Shown here: positions 37,558 to 47,407 of the stretch, piece by piece
Layout of the letters: each line of letters begins with the position of its first letter
Numbering within the stretch: position 1 is the first letter of the stretch
From: Candidatus Saccharimonadia bacterium
GTDB lineage: Bacteria; Patescibacteriota; Saccharimonadia; UBA4664; JBBRNT01
Direction of reading: 5' to 3'
DNA length: 64,000 bases
NCBI GenBank assembly: GCA_038230095.1
Contig: JBBRNT010000002.1
Coordinates: 37,341 to 101,340, forward strand
Position numbers and translations under genes: made by a program
The notes under the pieces: model-generated
The model's input: only the letters and a program-made list of their open reading frames with translations
The model's database searches: none
What the model was told of the DNA's origin: nothing

Positions 37558-38910
37558 ATGAAGAACCCAGTTACAACCATCAAGGCGCTTGGAGATGCGG
37601 TGCATAACAGCACGCAAGTCCGGGTGAAGAATGGTGTCATTGCTGAGGCGCTCAAAGGCCTCGGCGTTGAGATCAGCGGTGCCGTTCGCGGTGCGACGGA
37701 AGTTCCGGCAGGCGTAAAGGTCGAAGACCTGATCGCTGCGCTGGCTACCGATAACCCCGTGATCGCATCCTGGATCCAGCAGCAGACCGCTGCCCCTACC
37801 CACAACAGCACGCTGGCTTCACCGCTGGCCGCGCTGCCCGGGGACGAGGCGTCATCGGTAGCTGTGGACGTTCAGCCAGTCGGCGATGCCGAGATCTTCT
37901 TCAACGAGGGTCTGGTCCGCCGGCCGGCGGCAGTCGTTGCCAGCGAACTGAGCCTGACGACAGCAGAAGTGCTGGTCTACGGCGAGGTTCAAGTTGGTGA
38001 CGCCGCCTCGTTGGTGGACCCCGAACTGGTCCGGAAGAATCTCGAAGCCACCCTGGCAGCAGAGAAGATCCCGGCTAGCGAGCGGCCCACTGGCACGAGC
38101 GTGTTCACGAAGAACATTGCTCTGGCGGCCATGGTCACAAGCGACCACACCCGCGTTGGCACGAAGTCGAAGCGGACCCTGCGTGAGATCACCGAAGTGG
38201 CCATCAGCTTGCAAAAGCTGTCGGTCGCGATCCACAACGGCTCCCCGTTCCGGCCCGAGCCGGTGGCTGTGAGTCGCATTGCTGGACAGGCCGAGCTGGT
38301 CAGAACGGCCCCTGGTATGGTTCCGCCTGGTGCGGATACCGTCTTCTACGAGTACGAATCACCGCTCCGCAAGGGGTGGATGGTGCGTATTCGGACGCAG
38401 AAGTACCTGGAGCTGATGCTGCAGCCCGGTTCGTCGTTCCCACTGTACGGACCACAGCATCTCGAGGAACTGGTTGGCGAACTTGCCACCACAGACCTGG
38501 TGGCTGATCGGTGTGCAGCCTGCGGAAAGCACATGGATCCGTTGTTGCGCGACAAGGTGATGAAGGTCTTGAACGGCCAGTACTACCTGCGCGACAACAA
38601 GGGGCGTGCTCTGGCCAACCTGTCGAAGCTGGGCTACCCCACCGATCGGGTGGGAGAGATCAGCTTCAAGCGCAATCACGAAGCATGCAATGTGCTTCTG
38701 AAGCGCATGCAGGTGGTCATGAACGAGATGCTGGCCAAAGACTTCAACGACCCAGCCGTTGTGATCGAGTTTCTCGACCGCATCGAGCAGGAGGTTGGCG
38801 GAGTGATGGAGGAGTTGCGCTTGCGTAACTCCCGCAACCAGCGGATCACTCGCCGCGAGATTCTCATTCATGCACGCGACATCGTCAAGCAATTGGCGGT
38901 AGCAGCATGA
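37558..38910 (+). CDS. Hypothetical protein with putative CxxC...HxxC Zn site
   Basis: SD AAGGGAG; 450 aa; CAAC and HEAC; strong GC3 codon bias. Confidence 0.85.
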   Translation: MKNPVTTIKALGDAVHNSTQVRVKNGVIAEALKGLGVEISGAVRGATEVPAGVKVEDLIAALATDNPVIASWIQQQTAAPTHNSTLASPLAALPGDEASSVAVDVQPVGDAEIFFNEGLVRRPAAVVASELSLTTAEVLVYGEVQVGDAASLVDPELVRKNLEATLAAEKIPASERPTGTSVFTKNIALAAMVTSDHTRVGTKSKRTLREITEVAISLQKLSVAIHNGSPFRPEPVAVSRIAGQAELVRTAPGMVPPGADTVFYEYESPLRKGWMVRIRTQKYLELMLQPGSSFPLYGPQHLEELVGELATTDLVADRCAACGKHMDPLLRDKVMKVLNGQYYLRDNKGRALANLSKLGYPTDRVGEISFKRNHEACNVLLKRMQVVMNEMLAKDFNDPAVVIEFLDRIEQEVGGVMEELRLRNSRNQRITRREILIHARDIVKQLAVAA

Positions 38911-39881
38911 CTGAGCCCTCAACAACAGCACAGCACATGGCGGCGCTCATTGACGGTCTAATCGACCGTGAGCCCGAGCCGGCTGCACCACGTACCCCCC
39001 GTTCTCGCAAGAGGACGCCGGCGCGTGCTGCACCTGGAGCGGTACCCCCTGCTCCTGGTACGACCGTCCCTGTGACGGCCCCGGCCAAGGGTGGAGGCAG
39101 CCTGCCGCCATTGCCCCCGGTACCAACCTGGGTGTCGCGTAACCTCTCACCAGGTTCTGCGGCGCCTCTGGCACCACCTTCAGTGGCGGCTCCGGCCCCC
39201 ACTGCGTCCACGCCGGTTCCTCCGGCACCCCCCGTCGTGGGGCCCACGACGCCGCCGCCGGCACCTGTGCCGGCACCACCGGCGCCGCCGGTACTACCCA
39301 CACCCACAACCCCGCCGGCACCGCCGGCACCTTCCACTGGAGGAATTGACATGACCATGACCGCAGACGAGTACGCAGCCGCCCGAACCAAGTCGGCTCT
39401 GGATACTCACAAGGCACTGGCCAAGCTGGCCGAAGATGACGCGAAGGCACGGGCCAAGAAGATCGATAAGCGCCGCAAGGAGCTCAACACGATCCTCGAG
39501 GCCGCCGGCATCACTGACGCTGCGGATCGCAAGACCCGCATCGACGCGATGATCGCGAACGAGTTCCCGGCGGTCGCTTCGGCGGCTCCGGGAACCCCAC
39601 TGCCCCCGCCCGTCGCGCCGGCCGCAACCGCGGTCGCCGGCGAGGTGGTCCGTTTCGAGACCGCGTCCCACAAGGGCGTGGTCCGGGGAACGGACATTGT
39701 CATCAGCAACAAGCCGGCAACTGGCGCGCCCACTGTCCACCAGGTCACCCTGGAGGCTTGGGATGCGGCAGTGGCCAAGGCTGGCAGCGTCGATGTGGTG
39801 GCCGCTCAGGTCATCACTACCGGCGTGCTGTCGGCACCGAAGTCCAAGTCCATCCTGTCGCTCTTGCAGCGCAACGACTAG
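38907..39881 (+). CDS. Pro/Ala-rich hypothetical protein
   Basis: ATGA-coupled to upstream gene; Pro-rich N-half, helical middle, small globular C-terminus. Confidence 0.8.
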   Translation: MTEPSTTAQHMAALIDGLIDREPEPAAPRTPRSRKRTPARAAPGAVPPAPGTTVPVTAPAKGGGSLPPLPPVPTWVSRNLSPGSAAPLAPPSVAAPAPTASTPVPPAPPVVGPTTPPPAPVPAPPAPPVLPTPTTPPAPPAPSTGGIDMTMTADEYAAARTKSALDTHKALAKLAEDDAKARAKKIDKRRKELNTILEAAGITDAADRKTRIDAMIANEFPAVASAAPGTPLPPPVAPAATAVAGEVVRFETASHKGVVRGTDIVISNKPATGAPTVHQVTLEAWDAAVAKAGSVDVVAAQVITTGVLSAPKSKSILSLLQRND

Positions 39882-39908
39882 GCCTAAGGGCCGGAAGGAG
39901 AGTGCACT

Positions 39909-41597
39909 GTGCATACAGTGCTACACATGATCCTCGGCCTCGTGAGCATCGTCATCGTGTGGGTTTTCGCCAAGGTAGCAGCCAAGCTGTTCACCATCCA
40001 GGCGAGGCCCCCACGAGCGGCGAGTGTCTCAGGGTCCGGTATTGCCACAGCGGCCGCCCTCGGGTGGTCGCTGTCCCGGCACTTCGTGCTGCGGAACAAC
40101 AGGTGGTTCATCTTCCGTCCGCTGTCACTGGGATGGGTCTGGGTGATCTTGATTATCTTCCTCGTAACGTACTTCCTCTGGAGGTTCTTGCGGATCAGGG
40201 AAGTGGTCCTGGCCATCCTGGCCATCCTGGCGGTGTTCCTCTCGGTCTGGGTCCAGCATGGATCCTGGTCGGGTACGAACGCCGGTAAGGTGGACAGCTA
40301 CAAGCTGGACGAGTCCAAGCACGACTTCATCCCCAAGCAGTTGGGGGTCGCGCAGAAGGCTTGTCCACTGGGCAGTTCTGTGATCCACACCTATGTGGAT
40401 GGTTCGGTGGTGTGTCGACCTGACGCGCAACCGGCCGCCACGGTGGTTACCACCCCGGCAACGGAACCGGCAACGACCGGCTCGGAGGCTACTACAGCTC
40501 CGGGCGACACGGCGCCGCCGGCCACCGATGCGGCAACAACGAGTACGGACCCAGCGACAGCCGCGGCCGATCCCTCTGGGGATACGACCGCGGTGTTGAT
40601 CAACGGGGACTACACGGTGTTGCCGGTGGTAACGGGGGGAGACCCCCTGAATCCGGTAGTCCTGGCCACTTCCACCCCGGCAGCGCCGGCGGTTTTGGCC
40701 AAGACGCCCACCTGGGCAGCAATGCAGGCTTTGGCACTCCAGCCCGAGCAGCAGCCATGGTACCCCGACTGTGTGGCGAAAGTCACCGGCTGGACCATGG
40801 AAAACCAGGTGAAGCAGAACGTGGCGCTGGAAACGCCGGCCCAGGGCAGCAATGGAACCGCACTCTGGTTCATCGTGGCCAACAGCGTGGACTCCAAAGT
40901 GACCGATGCCGATATACGGGCATGGGTGACGGCGGGGAACATCTACGCCAAGGACCTGGTGGACAAGATGCCCATCGTGCGCAAGGATGGTGTGCTCAAC
41001 ACACGCCATTCGCACGTGGGCGGCGACAACCGCTGCGAACGCTTCATTGACCGGACCCCCACCATTCAGGTTGGTCTGACGTCCCCCGTGGACTACGCCG
41101 ACCTGAGCAAAGGGCTCGACTTCACGAAGTGGATCAACGTGGGCTGTGGAAACCCTGGCACGGACATCCCGCCGCCAGCGCCCAACCCCACGCCGACCAC
41201 GCAGCCACCGGGGCCACACCCGACAACGCCGCCGCCCGTGGTGACCACCGTTCCTCCCGGAACGACCACCCCGCCAGCGACGACGTTGCCACCAGTGACC
41301 ACGGTGCCCCCCGGCTCCACCCTGCCACCCGCCACTACCGTCCCAGGTAAGGACTCCTCACAGAGCCCCCCTGCTGGTACGGGAAATGGTGGCCTAGGGG
41401 GAGGTGGTGGTGGCCCTACTGGCACCACCACCCCGAGGACAGACCCACCGGTACCCCTGCCGATGCCCTCGGTTCCGCCTCCACCACCTGCGGTCACCGC
41501 ACCGGGTGAGCCTCAGGCTCCGCCCCCTGCGACGGCACCCCCAGAAACCGTCCCCGCCGCACCCAGCGACGGTACGGTTCCGCCGCCGCGGATCTAA
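39909..41597 (+). CDS. Membrane-anchored surface protein with Cys-containing ectodomain and Pro/Thr-rich tail
   Basis: SD GGAAGGAG; N-terminal TM helices; GCGNP motif; mucin-like tail. Confidence 0.85.
   Translation: MHTVLHMILGLVSIVIVWVFAKVAAKLFTIQARPPRAASVSGSGIATAAALGWSLSRHFVLRNNRWFIFRPLSLGWVWVILIIFLVTYFLWRFLRIREVVLAILAILAVFLSVWVQHGSWSGTNAGKVDSYKLDESKHDFIPKQLGVAQKACPLGSSVIHTYVDGSVVCRPDAQPAATVVTTPATEPATTGSEATTAPGDTAPPATDAATTSTDPATAAADPSGDTTAVLINGDYTVLPVVTGGDPLNPVVLATSTPAAPAVLAKTPTWAAMQALALQPEQQPWYPDCVAKVTGWTMENQVKQNVALETPAQGSNGTALWFIVANSVDSKVTDADIRAWVTAGNIYAKDLVDKMPIVRKDGVLNTRHSHVGGDNRCERFIDRTPTIQVGLTSPVDYADLSKGLDFTKWINVGCGNPGTDIPPPAPNPTPTTQPPGPHPTTPPPVVTTVPPGTTTPPATTLPPVTTVPPGSTLPPATTVPGKDSSQSPPAGTGNGGLGGGGGGPTGTTTPRTDPPVPLPMPSVPPPPPAVTAPGEPQAPPPATAPPETVPAAPSDGTVPPPRI
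41232..41345 (+). repeat. Degenerate ~6-aa tandem repeat (PPxTT[V/L/T])
   Basis: PPVVTTV-PPGTTT-PPATTL-PPVTTV-PPGSTL-PPATTV-P. Confidence 0.75.
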
Positions 41598-41637
41598 CCT
41601 CCTCCTGGCCCCGCGCCAGGAGATGAAGTTCACGGTA

Positions 41638-41663
41638 GCGGGAAGGTAGCAATACCTTCCCGC
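41638..41663 (+). terminator. Strong hairpin after accessory operon (no U-tract)
   Basis: GCGGGAAGGTA-GCAA-TACCTTCCCGC. Confidence 0.55.
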
Positions 41664-41873
41664 CCGTGGACTAACACCCTTCATTATTTGTGCGCATAGA
41701 CTATCCGATTTACCGCGAAACGCCACACGACGCGTACATTGAAAAGCCGAGACCCCGCCCTCACACAAGCCACATTTACACTTTGAGTGCTTTGAATACA
41801 TTAATTGTGCGAATCAATGTCCGTGTATCTTACAAATGTCCATTAACTGCCCGCAAAACTAAGGAGAATTTCT

Positions 41874-43421
41874 ATGAAAACATCCCTCGTTAAGCGTATT
41901 GGCGCTGCAATTGCAGTCGTCATGGTAGGTCTTATTCCAGTCGCTTCAGCCTTGGCTGTTAGCACCTGGGGTCCAGACCGCCCAGCGCTTCACTACATAA
42001 AGGGCCAGCCTGGTGCTGACCATGTTGTGTTTAACTCGTTTGTAGACACCGATGTCTACGGAAACGAACGCACATTCTTTGACGGCAAGACCGACAACCT
42101 GACCACCGACGGTGGCTTCAAGGACTCGATCGATGTCGTTGGTAAGGACGAAGCTCTCGTCCGTATCTACATTCACAATAACGCTGACTCGAGCCTGAAT
42201 GGTGCCGACCTCAAGGGTGCTGGCGTCTCGAAGGACACAAGCGTTCGTGTTGCCCTGCCTAATACATTTGGCCGTTCAGCTGTTGCCAATGCCTTTATCG
42301 GCTCTAGCAACGCTACTCCCAAAGTAGTTTTTGATTCGCTCGATTTCGTAACCTCGGGTGCTCAGGGCTTTAGCCTGAGCTATGAGGCTGGTTCTGCTCG
42401 CATCTTCAACAATGCGACCAAGACAAGCCCAACCGTAAACCCCGGCCGCCAGCTGGATGACACTATCGTCACCACCGGCGCTCCAATTGGGTACGACAAG
42501 AACGATGGCAACTGGCCTGGTTGCTTCGAGTACTCTGGTTATGTAACTCTCAAAGTGAAAATCAATCCACCAACCTTTACCTTTGATAAGGTAGTTGGCG
42601 TAACTGGCTCTGGTCACACTCAAAAAGAGCTGACCGGCGTCCAGTCTGGTGATACTGTGTCTTGGGTTCTGAACTACCAGAACAAGACCGGTGGTACTGT
42701 TACTGGCCTGCATCTTCGTGATCAGTTGCCAGCAAATGTCACCGTGGTTCCTGGCTCAGTAATGCTGACCGACGCAGCTCATGCTGGTGGTCTCAAACTG
42801 AGCGATACTGGTCTGTTCTCGACCGGTGGCGTGGATATTCTCGGAACTTACACGAATGGTTCAAATGGCTATATTGTCTACAAAACCAAGGTGAATACCA
42901 CCCTGCGCTGTGGCGATACACCACTAACCAACAACGCTTGGATCAAGTCTGAAGGTATCAATGAGATGAACTCGTGGGCTCGCATTACGACGTCTAACAC
43001 TTGTGTTAACACCGTAACCTGCGTCAAGCTCGACCAGTCTCAAGACAAGACGAACACCAATAAGTGGACCTATACTGCCACTGCTTCGTCTAGCAACACA
43101 ACTATCACCAACTACCTGTGGCAATTTGCCGATGGTAAGACGGCCGATACTGGTACCAACCCAACCGCTGTTCACGAGTATGCTACTGGCGCAAGCCTGA
43201 CGACCCCCATAAAGGTGTCTGTTAAGACTGCTGATGGCAAAGTTGTGACGAGCCCTGAGTGTGCAAAGACCCTGACAACTACACCTTCACTGCCAGACAC
43301 TGGCGCCGAAGGTCTAGCAACTGGCGTACTTGGCACTGGTGCTCTCGGTTACAGCCTGAACGCTTATCTCCGCTCTAAGCGCGGCCTTATGGCTGCTCTA
43401 CGCGGCGTGATCAAGGGCTAA
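41874..43421 (+). CDS. Secreted surface protein with DUF11-like and PKD-like domains and LPxTG anchor
   Basis: Signal peptide; WGPDRP..VFNS..GNERTF; GDTVSW.L.Y.N..D.LP..V.GS; YLWQFADG; LPDTG + hydrophobic + basic tail. Confidence 0.85.
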   Translation: MKTSLVKRIGAAIAVVMVGLIPVASALAVSTWGPDRPALHYIKGQPGADHVVFNSFVDTDVYGNERTFFDGKTDNLTTDGGFKDSIDVVGKDEALVRIYIHNNADSSLNGADLKGAGVSKDTSVRVALPNTFGRSAVANAFIGSSNATPKVVFDSLDFVTSGAQGFSLSYEAGSARIFNNATKTSPTVNPGRQLDDTIVTTGAPIGYDKNDGNWPGCFEYSGYVTLKVKINPPTFTFDKVVGVTGSGHTQKELTGVQSGDTVSWVLNYQNKTGGTVTGLHLRDQLPANVTVVPGSVMLTDAAHAGGLKLSDTGLFSTGGVDILGTYTNGSNGYIVYKTKVNTTLRCGDTPLTNNAWIKSEGINEMNSWARITTSNTCVNTVTCVKLDQSQDKTNTNKWTYTATASSSNTTITNYLWQFADGKTADTGTNPTAVHEYATGASLTTPIKVSVKTADGKVVTSPECAKTLTTTPSLPDTGAEGLATGVLGTGALGYSLNAYLRSKRGLMAALRGVIKG

Positions 43422-43510
43422 GCTGATCCGCTCTGCCTCCGGTAACGGGCCTTCGGGCCCGTTACTAATTGGCGCTTGTCGCACTCGGCCTCTGGGCCTT
43501 GTAAGACGGC

Positions 43511-43542
43511 CTAAAAAACACCTCTTCGGAGGTGTTTTTTAG
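43511..43542 (+). terminator. Intrinsic terminator
   Basis: AAAAAACACCTC-TTCG-GAGGTGTTTTTT. Confidence 0.88.
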
Positions 43543-43581
43543 TTCCCCGGAAATTGCCACTAGCCTGGTATAATAGGGCTA

Positions 43582-44670
43582 ATGCAGTCAGATATTATCC
43601 AACTAGAAAGTCTCTCCGCGCGAGTCGGTGACGCTATGGTAAAGCTCGGCGTACCGGCCGACGAGACCCACCTGGCCGAGCTAGACCTGGCTATGGCGGC
43701 GCCAGAATTCTGGAACGACGCCGCGGCCGCTAGTGCAATGTCTAAGCAGGCGGCAGCATTGCGGCGGCAGGTAGACGAGTGGCGCGGCTTGCAGACAATT
43801 ATCCGCGAGACGCTGGAGCTGGCACAGCTAGGGGACGCCACCCTAGCCGCCGACATTGCCAGAACTACAGCCGAGCTAGTGGCGCGGTTTGGCGCCAAAG
43901 AGTTTGAGCTAAAGCTGTCTGGGCCCTACGACAAGAACACTGCCCTCCTTTCAATATTTGCCGGCACCGGTGGCACAGATGCTCAGGATTGGGCGGAAAT
44001 GCTGGAACGCATGTACCTGCGCTGGTGTGAGAACAACGGCTTTACGGCCGACATTCTGGACCGCTCCGCTGGTGAAGAGGCCGGACTAAAGAGCGTGACC
44101 ATAGAGATTGCTGGCCCATTTGCCTACGGCAAGCTGAAGAGCGAGAAGGGGGTACACCGCCTGGTGCGCCTGAGCCCATTCAATTCTGATAACCTCCGCC
44201 AGACCTCATTTGCGCTGGTTGACGTGGTGCCGGTGATAGAGCAAAGTGCCGAGCTGGCGATTGATCCAAAGGACTTACGAATAGACGTCTATCGCTCTGG
44301 GGGCAACGGTGGGCAGTCGGTGAACACTACCGACTCTGCGGTACGCATAACCCACTTGCCGACGGGGTTGGTGGTGGCTATTCAGAATGAACGGTCGCAG
44401 CTCCAGAACAAAGAGAAGGCCATGACTATCTTGCGCGCTCGCTTAGCTCTGCTCATGGAAGAGCAGCATAAGGAGACGCTGTCGGAAATACGTGGAGCGA
44501 CGCAGTCGGCGGAGTGGGGCAGTCAGATACGCTCATACGTATTGCACCCGTATACCATGGTAAAAGACCATCGGACAGGCAGCGAGACAGCTCAGGCGCT
44601 GAAAGTACTGGACGGTGAGATTGATCAGTTTATCGAGGCCTACCTGGCCGGACAGATTGGCCAGGGGTAG
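43582..44670 (+). CDS. prfB: Peptide chain release factor 2 (continuous ORF)
   Basis: SPF and GGQ motifs, WGSQIRSYVLHPY. Confidence 0.97.
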   Translation: MQSDIIQLESLSARVGDAMVKLGVPADETHLAELDLAMAAPEFWNDAAAASAMSKQAAALRRQVDEWRGLQTIIRETLELAQLGDATLAADIARTTAELVARFGAKEFELKLSGPYDKNTALLSIFAGTGGTDAQDWAEMLERMYLRWCENNGFTADILDRSAGEEAGLKSVTIEIAGPFAYGKLKSEKGVHRLVRLSPFNSDNLRQTSFALVDVVPVIEQSAELAIDPKDLRIDVYRSGGNGGQSVNTTDSAVRITHLPTGLVVAIQNERSQLQNKEKAMTILRARLALLMEEQHKETLSEIRGATQSAEWGSQIRSYVLHPYTMVKDHRTGSETAQALKVLDGEIDQFIEAYLAGQIGQG

Positions 44671-44727
44671 GGCAAGATTGACAGCCACTATAGCCATGCT
44701 AGAGTAGGTACGAACAAGTAGGGGTGG

Positions 44728-45825
44728 ATGAGGGTAACTAGGTGTATACAGTCACGGTGGCGCTACCGGCTCATGATGGGGTTGGTAGCTGTTGTGTGTC
44801 TGGGGGCTTTTCGCCCGGCAAGCATCCGGGCGGATCAGGCCAGCGACCTGCGCGGGAAGCTAGGCAGTACTAGCGACCAGATAACTGGTCTACAGACGCA
44901 GGCCGATGGTGCGGCTGACCATGCCGCAACGCTGGCCGGCCAGCTAGCTATAATGCAGACACAGGCTACCAAGCTGGCGGCAGACATTGCCAATACCGAC
45001 ACCCAGATAGCCGGTGTAAGTGTGCACTTAGCCCAACTCGAGACAGCTATGGCCACCAAGCAGGCTGAGCTACGTAGCCAGCTCCGGCAGCAATACTATC
45101 TGGAAAACACCAGTCTCCTGGAACTGCTAGCTACCAGCGACAACCTGGGCGAGTTCGTGGATCGTCGGGAGTATTTGGAGTCCGCAAGCGCCCGTATGAA
45201 GGACTTGTTGTCCGATATTCTGTCCGCAAAAAAGATCGTGGCAGCAGAGCAGCAACGGCTGACCGAGCTACAAGCGAGCCTAGTGGGGGCCAAGGCTACA
45301 CTGGCTAATCAACAGCAGATTACCCGTGATCTGCTAACCAAAACCAAGGGCGAGGAGGTCAACTACCGAGCGCTCTTACGGCAGGCCGAAGTAGCGCGCA
45401 ATGAGCTGGCTCAGCAATTGCTCAACCTTTCTGGCTCGGGCCTGAGGAGCCAAGGGTATGTCAACCAAGGGCAGATTATTGGTCACGAGGGCTCGACTGG
45501 GTTCTCTACCGGCGCGCACGTGCACTTCGGCGTGTATGTGAACCGGCAGGCGGTGAATGGGCTGCCGTACATGCAAAAGGGTCAGTTTATCTGGCCTCTG
45601 ACCGACTTCCAGGTGACCCAAGGCTACGGCCCGGCCAACTGGAGTAATTCGGTGTACAGCTTTCATGACGGCATAGATATTAGCGGGCCATATGGCGAAC
45701 CAGTACATGCGGCAGCCAGCGGCAACATAATTGTGAATGACTTCCAGGCAAATGGGTTTGGGCACTATATAATCATCGACCACGGCAGCGGACTGTGGAC
45801 GCTCTACGGCCACATGCAGCAGTAG
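44728..45825 (+). CDS. Coiled-coil protein with circularly permuted M23 peptidase
   Basis: Signal peptide, PcsB/CwlO-like coiled coil, GSTGFSTGAHVHF preceding HDGID...TLYGH. Confidence 0.88.
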   Translation: MRVTRCIQSRWRYRLMMGLVAVVCLGAFRPASIRADQASDLRGKLGSTSDQITGLQTQADGAADHAATLAGQLAIMQTQATKLAADIANTDTQIAGVSVHLAQLETAMATKQAELRSQLRQQYYLENTSLLELLATSDNLGEFVDRREYLESASARMKDLLSDILSAKKIVAAEQQRLTELQASLVGAKATLANQQQITRDLLTKTKGEEVNYRALLRQAEVARNELAQQLLNLSGSGLRSQGYVNQGQIIGHEGSTGFSTGAHVHFGVYVNRQAVNGLPYMQKGQFIWPLTDFQVTQGYGPANWSNSVYSFHDGIDISGPYGEPVHAAASGNIIVNDFQANGFGHYIIIDHGSGLWTLYGHMQQ

Positions 45826-45925
45826 CGGGCACAAGTGACGTCCCATCCTGCTGCAATACCAGCCTGCGCTACACATTCACCGTACTAGCTAGCAGAAGTA
45901 GCGAGGGATTTGGAGGTCATGTAGA

Positions 45926-46684
45926 ATGGCAGCTATGCAAACTCCGCCGCCACTCACCACACCGCTAAAGATAATGTGGTGGAATATGCACTTTACCTCC
46001 TTTGCGCGAGATAACACCTACGCTATTGCGGCGATAGCGCGGGGTGGTATGCCTGACATTATTTGTTTACAAGAATATGTGACGGGTGCGGATGACCGGC
46101 TCAAGCGTTGGCTAGAAGAGCAGGGCTATCAGCTGTACTTTCTGGACTTTTCCAGTCGAGGCACACTGAAGCAGGGGGTAATGACGGCGGTACGGCGTGG
46201 TCTAGCGCACCATGCCAAGACGCACGTGCTACGCGAGGATGCACCGATGCGGTTCCGGGCGTTTCAGAACCGTCGCGGGCTAGTGGAGGTGGCGGTAGTG
46301 CTCGGCGGTCGGAAGGTAAGCATTATGAACGTGCACCTAACGTATCCGCGGCCGCATACCCGCCCAATGCGGCTACGGGAGTTTGATGTGCTACGCGGGC
46401 TACTAGATAGCAAATTCAAGGATACGGCTTGGCTGCTAGGTGGCGACTTTAATTTCTTTGCGCGCGACGGCCGCCGCACCTACTTGACCACGACCTACCA
46501 AGCCTTTAGTGGTGGGCTATTTCGCAAAACTTGGCGCCCGATTGGCCGCTACAATCCCGTAGGATCAAACCTGGATTATGTGTTTTGGCACGGTCTGGAG
46601 GCCTCGCCGCGCTTCGCGTTGGAGCCATTTAACCGGAGCGACCACCGGCCGATGGTGGCCTGGCTGGATCTGCCGCTTACCTAG
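45926..46684 (+). CDS. Endonuclease/exonuclease/phosphatase family protein
   Basis: WN, DIICLQE, NVHL, GGDFN, LDYVF, SDHRP. Confidence 0.9.
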   Translation: MAAMQTPPPLTTPLKIMWWNMHFTSFARDNTYAIAAIARGGMPDIICLQEYVTGADDRLKRWLEEQGYQLYFLDFSSRGTLKQGVMTAVRRGLAHHAKTHVLREDAPMRFRAFQNRRGLVEVAVVLGGRKVSIMNVHLTYPRPHTRPMRLREFDVLRGLLDSKFKDTAWLLGGDFNFFARDGRRTYLTTTYQAFSGGLFRKTWRPIGRYNPVGSNLDYVFWHGLEASPRFALEPFNRSDHRPMVAWLDLPLT

Positions 46685-46726
46685 CTCGCTCGGTATGCCT
46701 ATCTCGATCTATGGTAGAATAGATTG

Positions 46727-47407
46727 GTGATTTTGTTTGATCGAGTAACCAAAACCTATGCCAACCAGAGCGTCGCGCTGTCTGGTTTGAATTTGCATAT
46801 CCAGCCGAAGGAGTTTGTGACTATCGTGGGCTCGAGTGGGGCTGGTAAGTCGACTCTGATCAAGCTACTGACGCGCGAGGAAGTGCAGACATCCGGCAAG
46901 ATTATTGTTGGTGGCGTGGACTACGACACTATTACCGCTGCACATGTGCCGTACCTGCGCCGCCGTATTGGGGTGGTATTCCAGGACTTTAAGCTGCTTC
47001 CCGGCAGAAACGTGTTCGAGAATGTGGCCTTTGCGCTTGAAGTGAGCGGCGTGAGCGGCCGCGAGATTAAGAAGAGCGTGCCCAAGGTACTCCAGCTGGT
47101 GGGCCTTTCCACGAAGGGCAAGAACTTCCCAAGCGAGCTTTCTGGTGGAGAGCGACAGCGCGTGGCGATTGCGCGCGCCTTGGTGCGCCAACCGAAGATC
47201 CTGATTGCGGATGAGCCCACTGGTAATCTAGACCCCAAGAACGCTTGGGAGATCATAGAGCTATTGCTCAAGATTAATCGCTATGGCACCACAGTGCTCC
47301 TGACGACTCACAATAAAGAGATTGTGAACGCGCTAAAGCGCCGGGTTATTACTATTAATCGGGGAAGAATAGTAAAGGACGAAGAGCAGGGGAGATACGC
47401 CCTATGA
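46727..47407 (+). CDS. ftsE: Cell division ATP-binding protein FtsE
   Basis: GSSGAGKST, VVFQDFKLL, ADEPTGNLDP. Confidence 0.95.
   Translation: MILFDRVTKTYANQSVALSGLNLHIQPKEFVTIVGSSGAGKSTLIKLLTREEVQTSGKIIVGGVDYDTITAAHVPYLRRRIGVVFQDFKLLPGRNVFENVAFALEVSGVSGREIKKSVPKVLQLVGLSTKGKNFPSELSGGERQRVAIARALVRQPKILIADEPTGNLDPKNAWEIIELLLKINRYGTTVLLTTHNKEIVNALKRRVITINRGRIVKDEEQGRYAL

Noticed and set aside
40125-41219. 364-aa antisense ORF and the many other overlapping ORFs in 37.4-41.8 kb
   Set aside because: Shadow frames produced by high GC3 bias of the real + strand genes; no SD, unnatural composition
41232-41345. Possible CRISPR or DNA-level repeat array
   Set aside because: Degenerate in-frame peptide repeat without constant repeats and unique spacers; no cas genes
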